From: an uncultured Actinomycetes bacterium
GTDB lineage: Bacteria > Actinomycetota > Actinomycetes > Streptosporangiales > Streptosporangiaceae
Direction: 5' to 3'
Assembly: GCA_963835775.1 (NCBI GenBank)
Contig: CAWIHB010000012.1
Span: 13,702-77,701 of the forward strand
Length of the DNA stretch: 64,000 bases
This document shows, one piece after another, positions 9,496 through 18,111 of the stretch. A program made the translations under genes and the position numbers. Every line of letters starts with the position of its first letter. The first letter of the stretch is position 1. The notes beneath the pieces were generated by a model. That model had not been told where the DNA came from. It saw only the letters and a program-made list of their open reading frames with translations, and did not search any database.

Positions 9496-9759
9496 TCAGT
9501 GGTCGTCATAGTGGAAGCGGCAGGCGATGATGGTGATCACGTCGGACTGGATGTCGTACACGAGCCGGTCCTTCTCGGTTATCCGGCGTGACCAGGCCTC
9601 GCCGCCTAGGTGCTTGAGACGTTCCGGCTTGCCAGTGCCGGTTCGCGGCGTGCGTGTCGTCTCAGCGATCAGCCTGATGATCTTGGAGAGCACTTTGGGG
9701 TTGGTCATCGACCAAGCCTCGAGGTCCTCAAGGGCACCGGAGGTGACCGACAGTTTCAC
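9496..9759 (-). CDS. yoeB: type II toxin, Txe/YoeB family
   Basis: 87 aa, ...KPERLKHLGGEAWSRRITEKDRLVYDIQSDVITIIACRFHYDDH; GTGA overlap with the upstream antitoxin. Confidence 0.9.
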   Translation of the reverse strand: MKLSVTSGALEDLEAWSMTNPKVLSKIIRLIAETTRTPRTGTGKPERLKHLGGEAWSRRITEKDRLVYDIQSDVITIIACRFHYDDH

Positions 9760-10040
9760 TCGCCTGCCTGCACGTTGAACCGGGCGGCCAGCGTCTCGAG
9801 TTCGGTCGGCTGGGCGGATCCTTCGCGTGCCTCGGCCAGCCCGCGCAGGATGTGGACGGCATTGGCGCGCGTGGAGAACAGGTAGAGCGTTTCCTGCAGC
9901 GACTCGTAGTCTTCGGCGGACATCAGGACGGCGTTGCCGCCGTTGCGTGCCACGATCTCGATGACAACGTGGTCGTCGTTGACCTGCCGTACCAGCGGGA
10001 ACAGATTCTCGCGGGCGTTGCTGATGCTTACCGCGGTCAT
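9756..10040 (-). CDS. yefM: type II antitoxin, Phd/YefM family
   Basis: MTAVSISNARENLFPLVRQVNDDHVVIEIVARNGGNAVLMSAEDYESLQETLYL. Confidence 0.9.
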   Translation of the reverse strand: MTAVSISNARENLFPLVRQVNDDHVVIEIVARNGGNAVLMSAEDYESLQETLYLFSTRANAVHILRGLAEAREGSAQPTELETLAARFNVQAGE

Positions 10041-10054
10041 CTCGGCCTCATCTC

Positions 10055-10079
10055 ACTCGTACAGGAACCTTGTACGAGT
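10055..10079. promoter_or_regulatory. near-perfect palindrome actcgtacagg-aa-ccttgtacgagt (candidate YefM/YoeB operator)
   Basis: Lies 15 bp upstream of the yefM start and contains GTAC-centred half sites like the TGTACA operators of yefM-yoeB loci. Confidence 0.5.
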
Positions 10080-10329
10080 TTACGTGATCGGAGGCAAGAA
10101 TGGCAAGGAGGCGATCCGCTGCATGCGTAGCCAGCACAGCCAGGCCAGCTCCAAGCAGGCACCATGCTGCCTTAACGCGGACCGATCACCGCTTGCAACC
10201 GCCGGGCAGATCGCCCGGATCTGCATCACCACGACGGCTCTGCCGCGGGCGTACCTGCCACTCAATCAGGCGGATCTCGTGCTGCCTATGGTCCTCTTGC
10301 CGCGCTGCGTGATGACACTCCGGCAGTGC

Positions 10330-10461
10330 TTGATGTGGCCAGGTTCCCTGGCGACGGCAAGAAAAGAACGGCGTTGCTGTCAGCTCAGGGGCTGCCGGGT
10401 GGCACGGTTGCCGGTTTCCGCTGGTCAGGCGGCACAGGACGCGCAACGGTGCCGGCAAGCC
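10330..10461 (+). pseudogene. ABC ATPase 5' remnant ending at Walker A (copy B)
   Basis: RTALLSAQGLPGGTVAGF...NGAGK with a 17-nt insertion before the P-loop; homologous to 14118-14193. Confidence 0.55.
10377..10458. repeat. direct repeat, copy 1 (paralogous ABC 5' segment)
   Basis: ctgtcagctcaggggctgccgggtggcacggttgccggtttccgctggtcaggcggcacaggacgcgcaacggtgccggcaa aligns with 14118-14193 (roughly 75% identity by eye). Confidence 0.75.
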
Positions 10462-10494
10462 CGTTACCGGATTGAGACTTTCATTTGCGCTCAG
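10462..10494. repeat. junction motif cgttaccgRattgagacWWtcattt..tcag, copy 2
   Basis: cgttaccggattgagactttcatttgcgctcag directly after ggcaagcc; compare 3539-3572. Confidence 0.85.
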
Positions 10495-10520
10495 CGGCGG
10501 TCAAGTCGGCGGTGGGTCGA

Positions 10521-11102
10521 TCAAGCCAAACGCTCTCTCAGGCCGTTCACGTAGGTGGCGAGCAGCCGGCGGCATGTCGCGTCCCATTCCGGGTCGGATT
10601 GCCGGGGCTGAGCGAGCATCGCTCCGAAGACCACGACATCGCGCGGAGTCACGTCCAGGCTAATCGTGCCGTCCGTACGGCCACGTTCGATGATCCGTTG
10701 CACGGCGCGGTGGACCTGGTCGCGCACCGCTAGGGTTTCCGGGACTGTAACCGAAGGCCCGCCATGCAGCGGCAGGACGAGGTCGTTCCGCTGAGCGATC
10801 GCGGCTTCGATGAAGCGCCGCAGCGCATCGCTGGCTGTCGTCCCGTCGCTTTCAGCCGCCTGCACGTTCGAGAGCACCTGCTCGAAGGAACGGTGGGCAA
10901 GGAAGTTGAGCAGATCCTCGCGGGTCGGGAAGTGACGGTAGAGCGTTCCGATGCCGACACCCGCGTCTGCCGCGATGGTTGCCATAGGCACGTGCGTGCC
11001 CTCACGGTGCACGGCTGCGGTCGCGGCGCGAACGAGGGCCTCGTGGTTGCGGGCCGCGTCGCTGCGCTGTTCGCGCGGACGGGGCTTCCTCGCGATTGCC
11101 AT
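10521..11102 (-). CDS. TetR/AcrR family transcriptional regulator
   Basis: ATG checked at 11102; MATIAADAGVGIGTLYRHFPTREDLL HTH. Confidence 0.9.
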   Translation of the reverse strand: MAIARKPRPREQRSDAARNHEALVRAATAAVHREGTHVPMATIAADAGVGIGTLYRHFPTREDLLNFLAHRSFEQVLSNVQAAESDGTTASDALRRFIEAAIAQRNDLVLPLHGGPSVTVPETLAVRDQVHRAVQRIIERGRTDGTISLDVTPRDVVVFGAMLAQPRQSDPEWDATCRRLLATYVNGLRERLA

Positions 11103-11264
11103 GCGCTCATTGAAGCCGTCTCCGATTCCCGTTGAGAACGGCTACACTAAAACGGACGAAATCCTCCGGATTGAAGGAGTGAGGGTGTTGGCGCGCTCAC
11201 TGGAGGACTTCTCCGCCAGACTCGCCCAGCAGGTCCGCACCCCGTCCATCCGCGAGGAGACAGC

Positions 11265-11804
11265 ATGTCCAGCCAGCCCGCGCCCGTCCCGCCCGACGAC
11301 CTGTCACGCGAACTCACTGTCGCGCGGCCGGACCACGACCAGAGCCTCCCGCACATCGGGCTCGTCGGCGACACCTACACGATCCTGGTCACAGGCGAGG
11401 ACACCGCCGGGAAGTACACGCTCATCGACATGCACGTGCCCCCGGGCGGCGGTCCGCCGCCGCACCGGCACGACTTCGAGGAGATGTTCACCGTGCTCGA
11501 CGGCGAAGTCCAGGTGACCTTCCGCGGCGAGACGCTCGTTGCCCGCGCCGGCGAGACCATCAACGTGCCGGCCAACGCCCCGCACGCGTTCACCAACACC
11601 GGGGATAAGCCGTCGCGGTTGCTGTGCATGTGCGCGCCATCAGGGCAGGAGGAGTTCTTCACGCTGGTCGGCCAGCCCGTCGCCACCCGGACTGAGGCGC
11701 CATCGCCGCTCGACGCCGACGCGCAGGCGGCCTTCATCGCCAAGTCGCAGGCGCTCGCGCCCGAGTACAAGACTGAACTGCTTCCGCCGCCCGGCGCGAA
11801 ATAA
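11265..11804 (+). CDS. cupin domain protein
   Basis: PPHRHDFEEMFTVLDGEVQVTF...INVPANAPHAFTN; divergent from the TetR gene. Confidence 0.85.
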   Translation: MSSQPAPVPPDDLSRELTVARPDHDQSLPHIGLVGDTYTILVTGEDTAGKYTLIDMHVPPGGGPPPHRHDFEEMFTVLDGEVQVTFRGETLVARAGETINVPANAPHAFTNTGDKPSRLLCMCAPSGQEEFFTLVGQPVATRTEAPSPLDADAQAAFIAKSQALAPEYKTELLPPPGAK

Positions 11805-11917
11805 AGGACGAGTGCCAAGATGACTTCACGCCGAACCGCGTACCAGCAGAAGACCAGCCAGACGATCCCGGTCATCGCGCTCATCCGTCGCGACGCCTCG
11901 GCATCTGACGCGGGCAC

Positions 11918-12331
11918 ATGAGCCGCAGGGTGCAGTTCGACCACTACGGGTCGCCGGACGTCCTCCGTGTCGTCGATGTCCCGCGTCCCTCGGTCAGCGA
12001 TGGGCAGGTTCTGGTTCAGGTCGCCGCTGCGGGCATCAATCCTGGCGAGATCGCCATCCGGAACGGTGCGATGGAACAGATGTTCCCCACGACCTTTCCG
12101 TCCGGCCAGGGTAGCGACTTCGCCGGCCGGGTCGTCGAGGTTGGGCCAGGCGTCACCGAGTTCGCGCCTGGCGACGAGGTCATGGGCTGGTCCGACAGGC
12201 GGTCAGCACAGGCCGACCAGGTCGTATCCGATCGGCAGCACCTGATAGCCAGGCCCCGCGCGCTGGACTGGATCCGCGCTGGGTCGTTGTGGGCGATCGG
12301 GGTGACCTCCTTCTCCGCGGTTCGCGGCTGA
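11918..12331 (+). pseudogene. zinc-type/quinone oxidoreductase (MDR family), N-terminal 137 aa only
   Basis: VLVQVAAAGINPGEIAIRNG...GSDFAGRVVEVGPGVTEFAPGDEVMGW; stops before the Rossmann domain. Confidence 0.65.
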
Positions 12332-12622
12332 CGGACCGGTCCATCACTTGTACGCGCAGCGAGGCGGCCATCAGTGCTTATCCACGCGAACGGTCGCCTG
12401 AGTGACGCTGCCGCGAATGAGGTCAGCATGTGGCGCTCCACCGCCGGATTAGCAGAACCGCCGTCGGATTCCCCTACACGAGGACGGAGATGCGGGCCGG
12501 CAATTGCTCGGCGTCTACCGCGGCCACTTGCTTTCATCGGTCGCTGCCGGTGTGCCGCCCAGCTGCAGATCCGCCATTTCCGGGCCTTGAGGGCTGCTCT
12601 GCGGGCATGAGAGGCGGAATTG

Positions 12623-13573
12623 TCATGGTCGGTGGCCGCTTATTGCCTGCTCCAGCGCGGTCAGGCTGGCGAGCAGGTCCTCGTGGGCGTTGGCCTGGAC
12701 CCAGTGCCTGATCAGGAGGGGCAGGGGCCGGGGAAGCTTGACGGGCATCGTCGTGTACACGCCACGTGTCTCCAGGAGCTTGTCCCGCAGCTGCTCGGGT
12801 GAGGTGCCTGGCCGGGGGATGCAGATGAGCCGGCCGAACGGGCTGGTCCGGTCGGACGTCTCATCCCTGAGGTCGGCCAGCGGGAGGAAGGTGATGTGAT
12901 GAAGGCCGGGATGGTCGTGCGCCCACGGGCGAGCGCTCGCCCGGCTGGCGATGACCCGTGCCGTCTCGTCGGTGCTTATGTTGGGAGCGATGTTCTCGAT
13001 GACGACCTGTGTCCGGTCGTCGCTGATGCTGACGTGGGCCTGGAGGCGCAGTTCGGCCGGGCGGCCCGCGGCCAGTGCCGTGAGATCGCCGCTGACCGTG
13101 CAGCCGGTCAGGAAGTTAGGCTGGCCGACGATGCCGGCCAGTTCCTTGCCTGTCACGTCCGGCCGCCTGATGACCTCGCGGACCGCCTCGATGATCGCGT
13201 CTGGGCGGAACGGCGGGCGGAGTCCGTCGCGGTAGGTGTTCCCGTTGATCAAGCCGATGGGCACGGGGGCGATCTGGCCGCGTTCGGCGGCGAGGGCAAC
13301 TCTCCCGGCGGGCGAGATCCAGGCCTCGGTGTACCGGAAATTCGCGGGCGGGTCGTCGCCGCGGCTGCCGAAGTTACCCCGGCCGTGCACCAGGCTGACG
13401 GGCATGGTCCACGGCCTGGCCAGGTCGACAAGCACCTCATATGCATACCCGGGTGCCAGGCCGATGCGTTCTTCCACGCCGGCCAGCGCCTTATCGCACC
13501 TGAGAAACCGGCTGGTCTCGACTGCTTCCAGGAGCGCTATCTCGACGACGCCAAGCCCGGTGCGCTCGCTCAC
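12623..13573 (-). CDS. stand-alone GyrA/ParC N-terminal (winged-helix + tower)-like protein, 316 aa
   Basis: [25 protein letters not shown] vs GyrA [32 protein letters not shown] vs [28 protein letters not shown] vs [31 protein letters not shown] vs ISALRDESDKD. GTG start overlaps the upstream stop (GTGA). Confidence 0.7.
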   Translation of the reverse strand: [316 protein letters not shown]

Positions 13574-13980
13574 TGTCCTGCTCTCTTGTACCGGCGCCTG
13601 AGATTCCAGGCGTCGGAGCTGGCGGCTACCAGGACCGGGACATCAGCGACTGGCACCAGGCCGGCCCCGCGGCGCAGCCGCGCCCAGTCCTGGCGGCCCC
13701 GCTCCAGCAGGCAGTCGACCTTGCCGTAGGCAGTCATCACAGGCACCACCGAACCGCCGGAAAACCAGTCCGCAGACGGCACCGGCCCGGTAGCGATCCC
13801 GGCAAGGGCGTCGCGCAGACGGTGCATGCTGTCCTCGCCTGCCTCGATGACCACATCGGCGTCCGCGACGCCGATGACCTCACCCCGCAGCCACAGCGCC
13901 GCGCTGCCGACCAGCAACGTTGACGCTCCTTCCGCAGCAAGGACTGCCGCAGCGAGAACTCCGGACGGGAATACCGGCAA
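13570..13980 (-). CDS. minimal nucleotidyltransferase (MNT)-like protein, 136 aa
   Basis: LLVGSAALWLRGEVIGVADADVVIE fits the GS...DxD pol-beta NTase motif. TTG start at 13980 is the only start after an in-frame TGA; translationally coupled to the GyrA-like ORF. Confidence 0.5.
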   Translation of the reverse strand: MPVFPSGVLAAAVLAAEGASTLLVGSAALWLRGEVIGVADADVVIEAGEDSMHRLRDALAGIATGPVPSADWFSGGSVVPVMTAYGKVDCLLERGRQDWARLRRGAGLVPVADVPVLVAASSDAWNLRRRYKRAGQ

Positions 13981-14094
13981 TGACGACGCTCACAACAAGC
14001 CGAGGGACAAGAAGAACCAAGTGTTGCAGGAGATGACCTCCCCCGCGCGGGCCCAGGCCCCGCAGGAGCCGATAACGATCTCGGCAGCACGTGG

Positions 14095-14460
14095 CGCCTC
14101 GTCAGCGATCGTACCCGCCTGTCGCCTACCGGGTTGGGCGCGGTTGCCGATTCCCCTGATCAGACGGCATAGGACACGCAGCGGTGCCGGCAAAACCACG
14201 ACCATGCGGATGATCCTCGGGCTCGACCGCCCGGCCGCCGGATCGGTGACGGTCAACGGCAAACCGTACGCCGAACTGTACAGCGCGATACGCGAGGTCG
14301 GCGCGCTGCTGGATGCCAAAGCCGTGCACGGCGGCCGCAGCGCATACAAACACCTGCTGTGCCTGGCGCAGACCAACAGCATCCCGCGCAGCCGGGTCGA
14401 CGAGGTCATCGGCATCGTCGGGCTGGAGGACGTGGCAGGGAAACGGTCCAAGGGCAGCCA
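14095..14460 (+). pseudogene. BcrA/DrrA-type ABC ATPase remnant (copy C): decayed 5' part plus intact-looking Walker A to pre-signature segment
   Basis: GAGKTTTMRMILGLDRPAAGSVTVNGKPYAELYSAIREVGALLDAKAVHGGRSAYKHLLCLAQTNSIPRSRVDEVIGIVGLEDVAGKRSKG. The upstream part has an in-frame stop and the same 17-nt insertion as copy B. Confidence 0.7.
14118..14193. repeat. direct repeat, copy 2 (paralogous ABC 5' segment)
   Basis: cctgtcgcctaccgggttgggcgcggttgccgattcccctgatcagacggcataggacacgcagcggtgccggcaa; see 10377-10458. Confidence 0.75.
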
Positions 14461-14569
14461 CATCATGGCCAAGCTCGGCCTGCGCGACCGGATCCAGGCC
14501 GTCGTCTACGCCTACGAGACCGGCCTAATCACCCCTCAGGGCGGCACCACCGGGCCAACGCCGGGGTGA
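14461..14569 (+). pseudogene. LuxR/NarL-type response regulator, extreme C-terminal remnant fused in frame to the ABC fragment
   Basis: HIMAKLGLRDRIQAVVYAYETGLITP is the last helix of a LuxR HTH. Confidence 0.55.
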
Positions 14570-14834
14570 GACGGACACAGCCGCAGGTGACCCGCCCGCC
14601 GACCCAAAATCCCCGGGACCGGAAACACTAGCCTCAGCACGGGAGCCTCCGCGCCGCAAAGTATCCTCCTCTGACGGTGTTGAGGCATGTCGGATCACCG
14701 TGCGCCTGACAGGCGGCGCCGCTACCAAGACGTGAACCTGCAAGCCCGGATGACCGCGCGTTATGTGCCGGACGTACGGAAGCGATCCAGGGTCTGGGCA
14801 TCGCGGTGCCCCAGACCCCTGGATTCCCGGCCTC

Positions 14835-15050
14835 GGCGCGGGGGAGCCGTTACCGCCGGGAACCGTCGGCCGCCCGTATGACCTGTGCGCCGGGCTGGCC
14901 GGCGAAGCCGTGGGGCCAGCTCGCCCGATCCAGACAGCTCCGGCTGAGCACGTCTGTCTTCCCGCGCGATCTCGGCGAAGGTCTGCGGGACAGCCGGGCT
15001 GAACGGCTCCTCGCCGCGGCAGATCAGCAACGTGCACTGGCGGGCCGTCC
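14835..15050 (-). pseudogene. alpha/beta hydrolase, C-terminal remnant (frameshifted)
   Basis: CTLLICRGEEPFSPAVPQTFAEIA, then in another frame VLSRSCLDRASWPHGFAGQPGAQVIRAA (GHWPH-type end). Confidence 0.4.
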
Positions 15051-15054
15051 CTTG

Positions 15055-15300
15055 TCTGCTGCTGCCGGCGCCGCGATCATCGAGTTCTAGCTTGACCCCG
15101 GGGCTGACCATGTGGCAGATGCGGGTCACGTCGGGTGTCTCGATCACGCGGCCCGGGGTGAGCTCGATGCCCTCGCGGGTGTCCAGCCCGAGGCTGGCGT
15201 CGAACAGCCGCATGCCGTCGCCGAGCAGCACCCGGGCGACGTCCAGCTCGAGCTCATCCAGCAGCCCGGCCGCCAGGGAGAAAGCAGCCAGCGGCCCCGG
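15055..15300 (-). pseudogene. dihydrofolate reductase-like (RibD C-terminal domain) remnant
   Basis: AAGLLDELELDVARVLLGDGMRLFDASLGLDTREGIELTPGRVIETPDVTRICHMV. Confidence 0.5.
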
Positions 15301-15572
15301 CAGCTCGCGCGTGCCGCGAGGATGGTCACATCACCGCAGCCGCACCCGATGTCGAGAACGTTCTCCCCGTCCTGGATCCGCGCGCCGGCCGACAGCCGCG
15401 CCGTCAGTCGGCCCAGCATCCGCTCATGCCGCTCACGCTGCTCGATGAACTGCCGCCCGCTGGCTCCGTTCCAGTCCTCAGCCTGCTTCGCATTCACCGC
15501 CACGAAGGCCGCGGTACTTCGCCCCGCAACCCTGCCCGGACCGGTGCCCGATGCGCCGTTCGGCATCTTCTT
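15296..15572 (-). pseudogene. class I SAM-dependent methyltransferase, N-terminal remnant
   Basis: AEDWNGASGRQFIEQRERHERMLGRLTARLSAGARIQDGENVLDIGCGCGDVTILAAR, then the frame is lost. Confidence 0.6.
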
Positions 15573-15885
15573 GCTGGAGATCGCGGCGGTCGCGGGGGCA
15601 TGCCAGAGCGGGGAATTCTGCGCGCAGCCGCTCGCCTGATCGGCGCGGCGACAGACCACCCCGAATCGGCCGGGAATCGGCCGTCTGGGCGCTTCGTCTC
15701 ACGCTGCGTAATCGGGCCCGACCATTTGAAGTGGCTCAGTCCAGCGGGCCTGCATGCGTTAGCGTTAGCGGTCCAGTGCGCCCCCCGGCCGCAGCACATC
15801 AAGTCTTCTCTTCGCCGGGCACGATGTCGGACGGCACCACATCGGTGTCGGGGCGAGTGGCTGCACGACGGCCGCTGGCCTTTTG

Positions 15886-16170
15886 TCAGTAGGCCTCTTT
15901 ACCCAGCAACGACTCACCGAACCGGTCGAATTCGGCAATGACCTTCTGCGTCGCGGCGGTAACGGCCTCACCGGTCCGTTGGCCAAGTTCCTCCAGCTGC
16001 CGTGATACCTCTGTCTGGATCTGAGCGGCCACCTCGTCCTTCACCAAGGCACGCTGCTCCTGCCTGGCCTCGCGGACCGCGGCCCGCAGATCCTTCGTCG
16101 CGGCGTGGGCTTCGCGGATCATCTCCCGGCACTCGCTCACCGCCGCTTCCAGCCGGTCCAGTTCGCTCAC
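15886..16170 (-). CDS. hypothetical coiled-coil protein, 94 aa
   Basis: GTG 16170 preceded by ggcgaggagga RBS; VSELDRLEAAVSECREMIREAHAATKDLRAAVREARQEQRALVKDEVAAQIQTEV..., heptad-like. Confidence 0.5.
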   Translation of the reverse strand: MSELDRLEAAVSECREMIREAHAATKDLRAAVREARQEQRALVKDEVAAQIQTEVSRQLEELGQRTGEAVTAATQKVIAEFDRFGESLLGKEAY

Positions 16171-16599
16171 GGCATCCTCCTCGCCCGCCGACTGGGCCAG
16201 GGCCGCTGCGATCCCGGCCGGCAATGCACTTCGCGCCCCGCACTGACGTCGTTCAGCGTGGCCAGCATTCCGGCTGCGACGTTGCGCGGTGCGGCTCAGC
16301 CACACTTAGCGGACCAGCAGGAAGGAACCAGGGCCTCGTCCTGCGCGCCCACGAGCCAGCAGAGCCCACCTGGCCAGGCTACCAACCAGCACGATGCCGC
16401 CTGGCCGGGCCTACCTCGGCTCATTGCCGGCACCGACAGCAGGGGCGGCAATTCCGAGCAGCGGTCAGAGGCACCTGGACAGGCCGATGATGAATCACGC
16501 AACGTGATCCGATCTGGGAAGGCGGAGCGCTCCAATATCCACCGCATGCTTCGTAGCTTTTGGGCGTACAGCTGCGGATACGCGCAGACACGGGGTGTT

Positions 16600-17100
16600 C
16601 AGCTCGGCTGGTAAAGGCAGTCCCTGGCTCGGGCGCCGCGGACCGTCTTGCCGTCTAGCATGATTATCAGGGCTGCGGCATCGGCCAGCTCGACGGCACC
16701 TGGTCGCGCATCTGCCCGCCGAACGCAGCCGTCATCGTCTGCGCGTCCAGCCGCCGCAGGACCCGGCACTGCGGGTTGCAGGCGTCTTTGTGGGCGCGCG
16801 GTCGTTTCCCGTCCATGCCTCCGGTAGCGCTCCTTATGGCCGGCATCTGCCTGCGGCAGACGGCGGTCGCGTGCATCTGTGTCCGCCCGGCCGCGCCGCA
16901 GATGGCTGCCAGGCCTCTGCATCCACCCGGAAGAACCGGTGACATCAGCAGCAAGCCAGACACCTGCCCCGCTCCGTGCGGCTGTTGCCAAGGTGGCCCT
17001 ACGAGGTGCCGTGCTGGCACGCGCAGAACTGGTCCGTGCGGACGCCTATGGCCGGCGGAGTCCCTTTACGGATGCTGGCGATCGTGGCCTGCACTGAGCG
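16600..17100 (-). mobile_element. ISAs1-family transposase remnant (N-terminal part, frameshifted, DDE domain missing)
   Basis: VLRRLDAQTMTAAFGGQM in one frame and AALIIMLDGKTVRGARARD (the xDGKTxRG hallmark) in another. Confidence 0.5.
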
Positions 17101-17196
17101 CGGCACAGTTGCCCGGGTATGCCGCGGCCTGACGAGATCGGTAGCCGGTCCCAGCGCCATTCAGGCTCGGGACTGGATTGCGGTCTCCGTCCCGCG

Positions 17197-18111
17197 TCAA
17201 GTACGGAGCCGGGCAGCAGCTTCCCGCAACGCCTCGTCCATCGCGGTCGGCTGCAGCCCGAACATCTCAGTAGTCACACTGGCGTCGAGCACGAACGGCC
17301 TGGTGAACTGGTATCGCGTCGTCCGCAGCTCGTTGATCAGCGGGGAGAACAGGCCGCTCACCCACAGTACCGGGTACGGGATCTGCGTTACCTTGGCCCG
17401 CGGCGCGCCGTTGACCTCCGCGAACCTGGCCGCTAGCTGGCGCACGGTCAGCGGCGGGTTGGTCGGCACCAGCCAGGCCTGGCCGTAGGCCAGCTCGTCG
17501 GCGGCGGCCCTGACCAGGGTCCCAGCGCAGTCGTGGATCGAGGTCCAGCTGTGCGGCACGTCCAGCGGCGAGGGCGCGTACGCCCGCCTCCCAGCCAGCA
17601 GCGGCTTGCCGATCACCGTGGACAGGATCGAGTTCGCCTCGATGTAGTCGCTGGCCCGGACCTCGGTGGTGCGGATCCGCCCTGCCTCCTGCGCGGCGAG
17701 CTGATCGCCCCACATCTCGGCCCGCAGCCGGAGCTTGGGGTGAGTCGCGGCGAGCGGGGTCTTGTGGGTAATCGGACCGTCCACCGGCCCGTAGCCGTAC
17801 AGGTTGCTCATCGAGGCCAGGACCGCACCGCTGCGCTCGGCCGCGGCCAGGAACGCCCGGGCCAGCGGCGGCCAGTCGGTGAACCACTGGTGATAGAGCG
17901 GGCTCGCGCAGTTATACAGGGCCGCAGCGCCGGCAGCCAGCTCCGTCAGCCGCTCCGCATCGGTCGCATCCGCGGCGACCCGCTCGATCGCCGGGTGCTC
18001 GGGCCCGCTGCCGCGCCGGCTGACCATGCGGACGTGCTCGCCCCGCTCGGCCAGCAATAGCGCCGCGGCTGAACCCACGGCTCCCGCTCCGACGATGACG
18101 TGCTCGGACAT
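17197..18111 (-). CDS. NAD-dependent epimerase/dehydratase family oxidoreductase
   Basis: ATG checked at 18111; MSEHVIVGAGAVGSAAALLLAERGEHVRMVSR Rossmann fold; divergent from a TetR gene. Confidence 0.85.
   Translation of the reverse strand: MSEHVIVGAGAVGSAAALLLAERGEHVRMVSRRGSGPEHPAIERVAADATDAERLTELAAGAAALYNCASPLYHQWFTDWPPLARAFLAAAERSGAVLASMSNLYGYGPVDGPITHKTPLAATHPKLRLRAEMWGDQLAAQEAGRIRTTEVRASDYIEANSILSTVIGKPLLAGRRAYAPSPLDVPHSWTSIHDCAGTLVRAAADELAYGQAWLVPTNPPLTVRQLAARFAEVNGAPRAKVTQIPYPVLWVSGLFSPLINELRTTRYQFTRPFVLDASVTTEMFGLQPTAMDEALREAAARLRT

Noticed and set aside
10377-14193. Diversity-generating retroelement (template/variable repeat pair), because several differences between the two ABC repeats are A-to-G
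   Set aside because: There is no reverse transcriptase in the window. The substitutions are not restricted to adenines, an indel is present, and both copies are non-coding debris.
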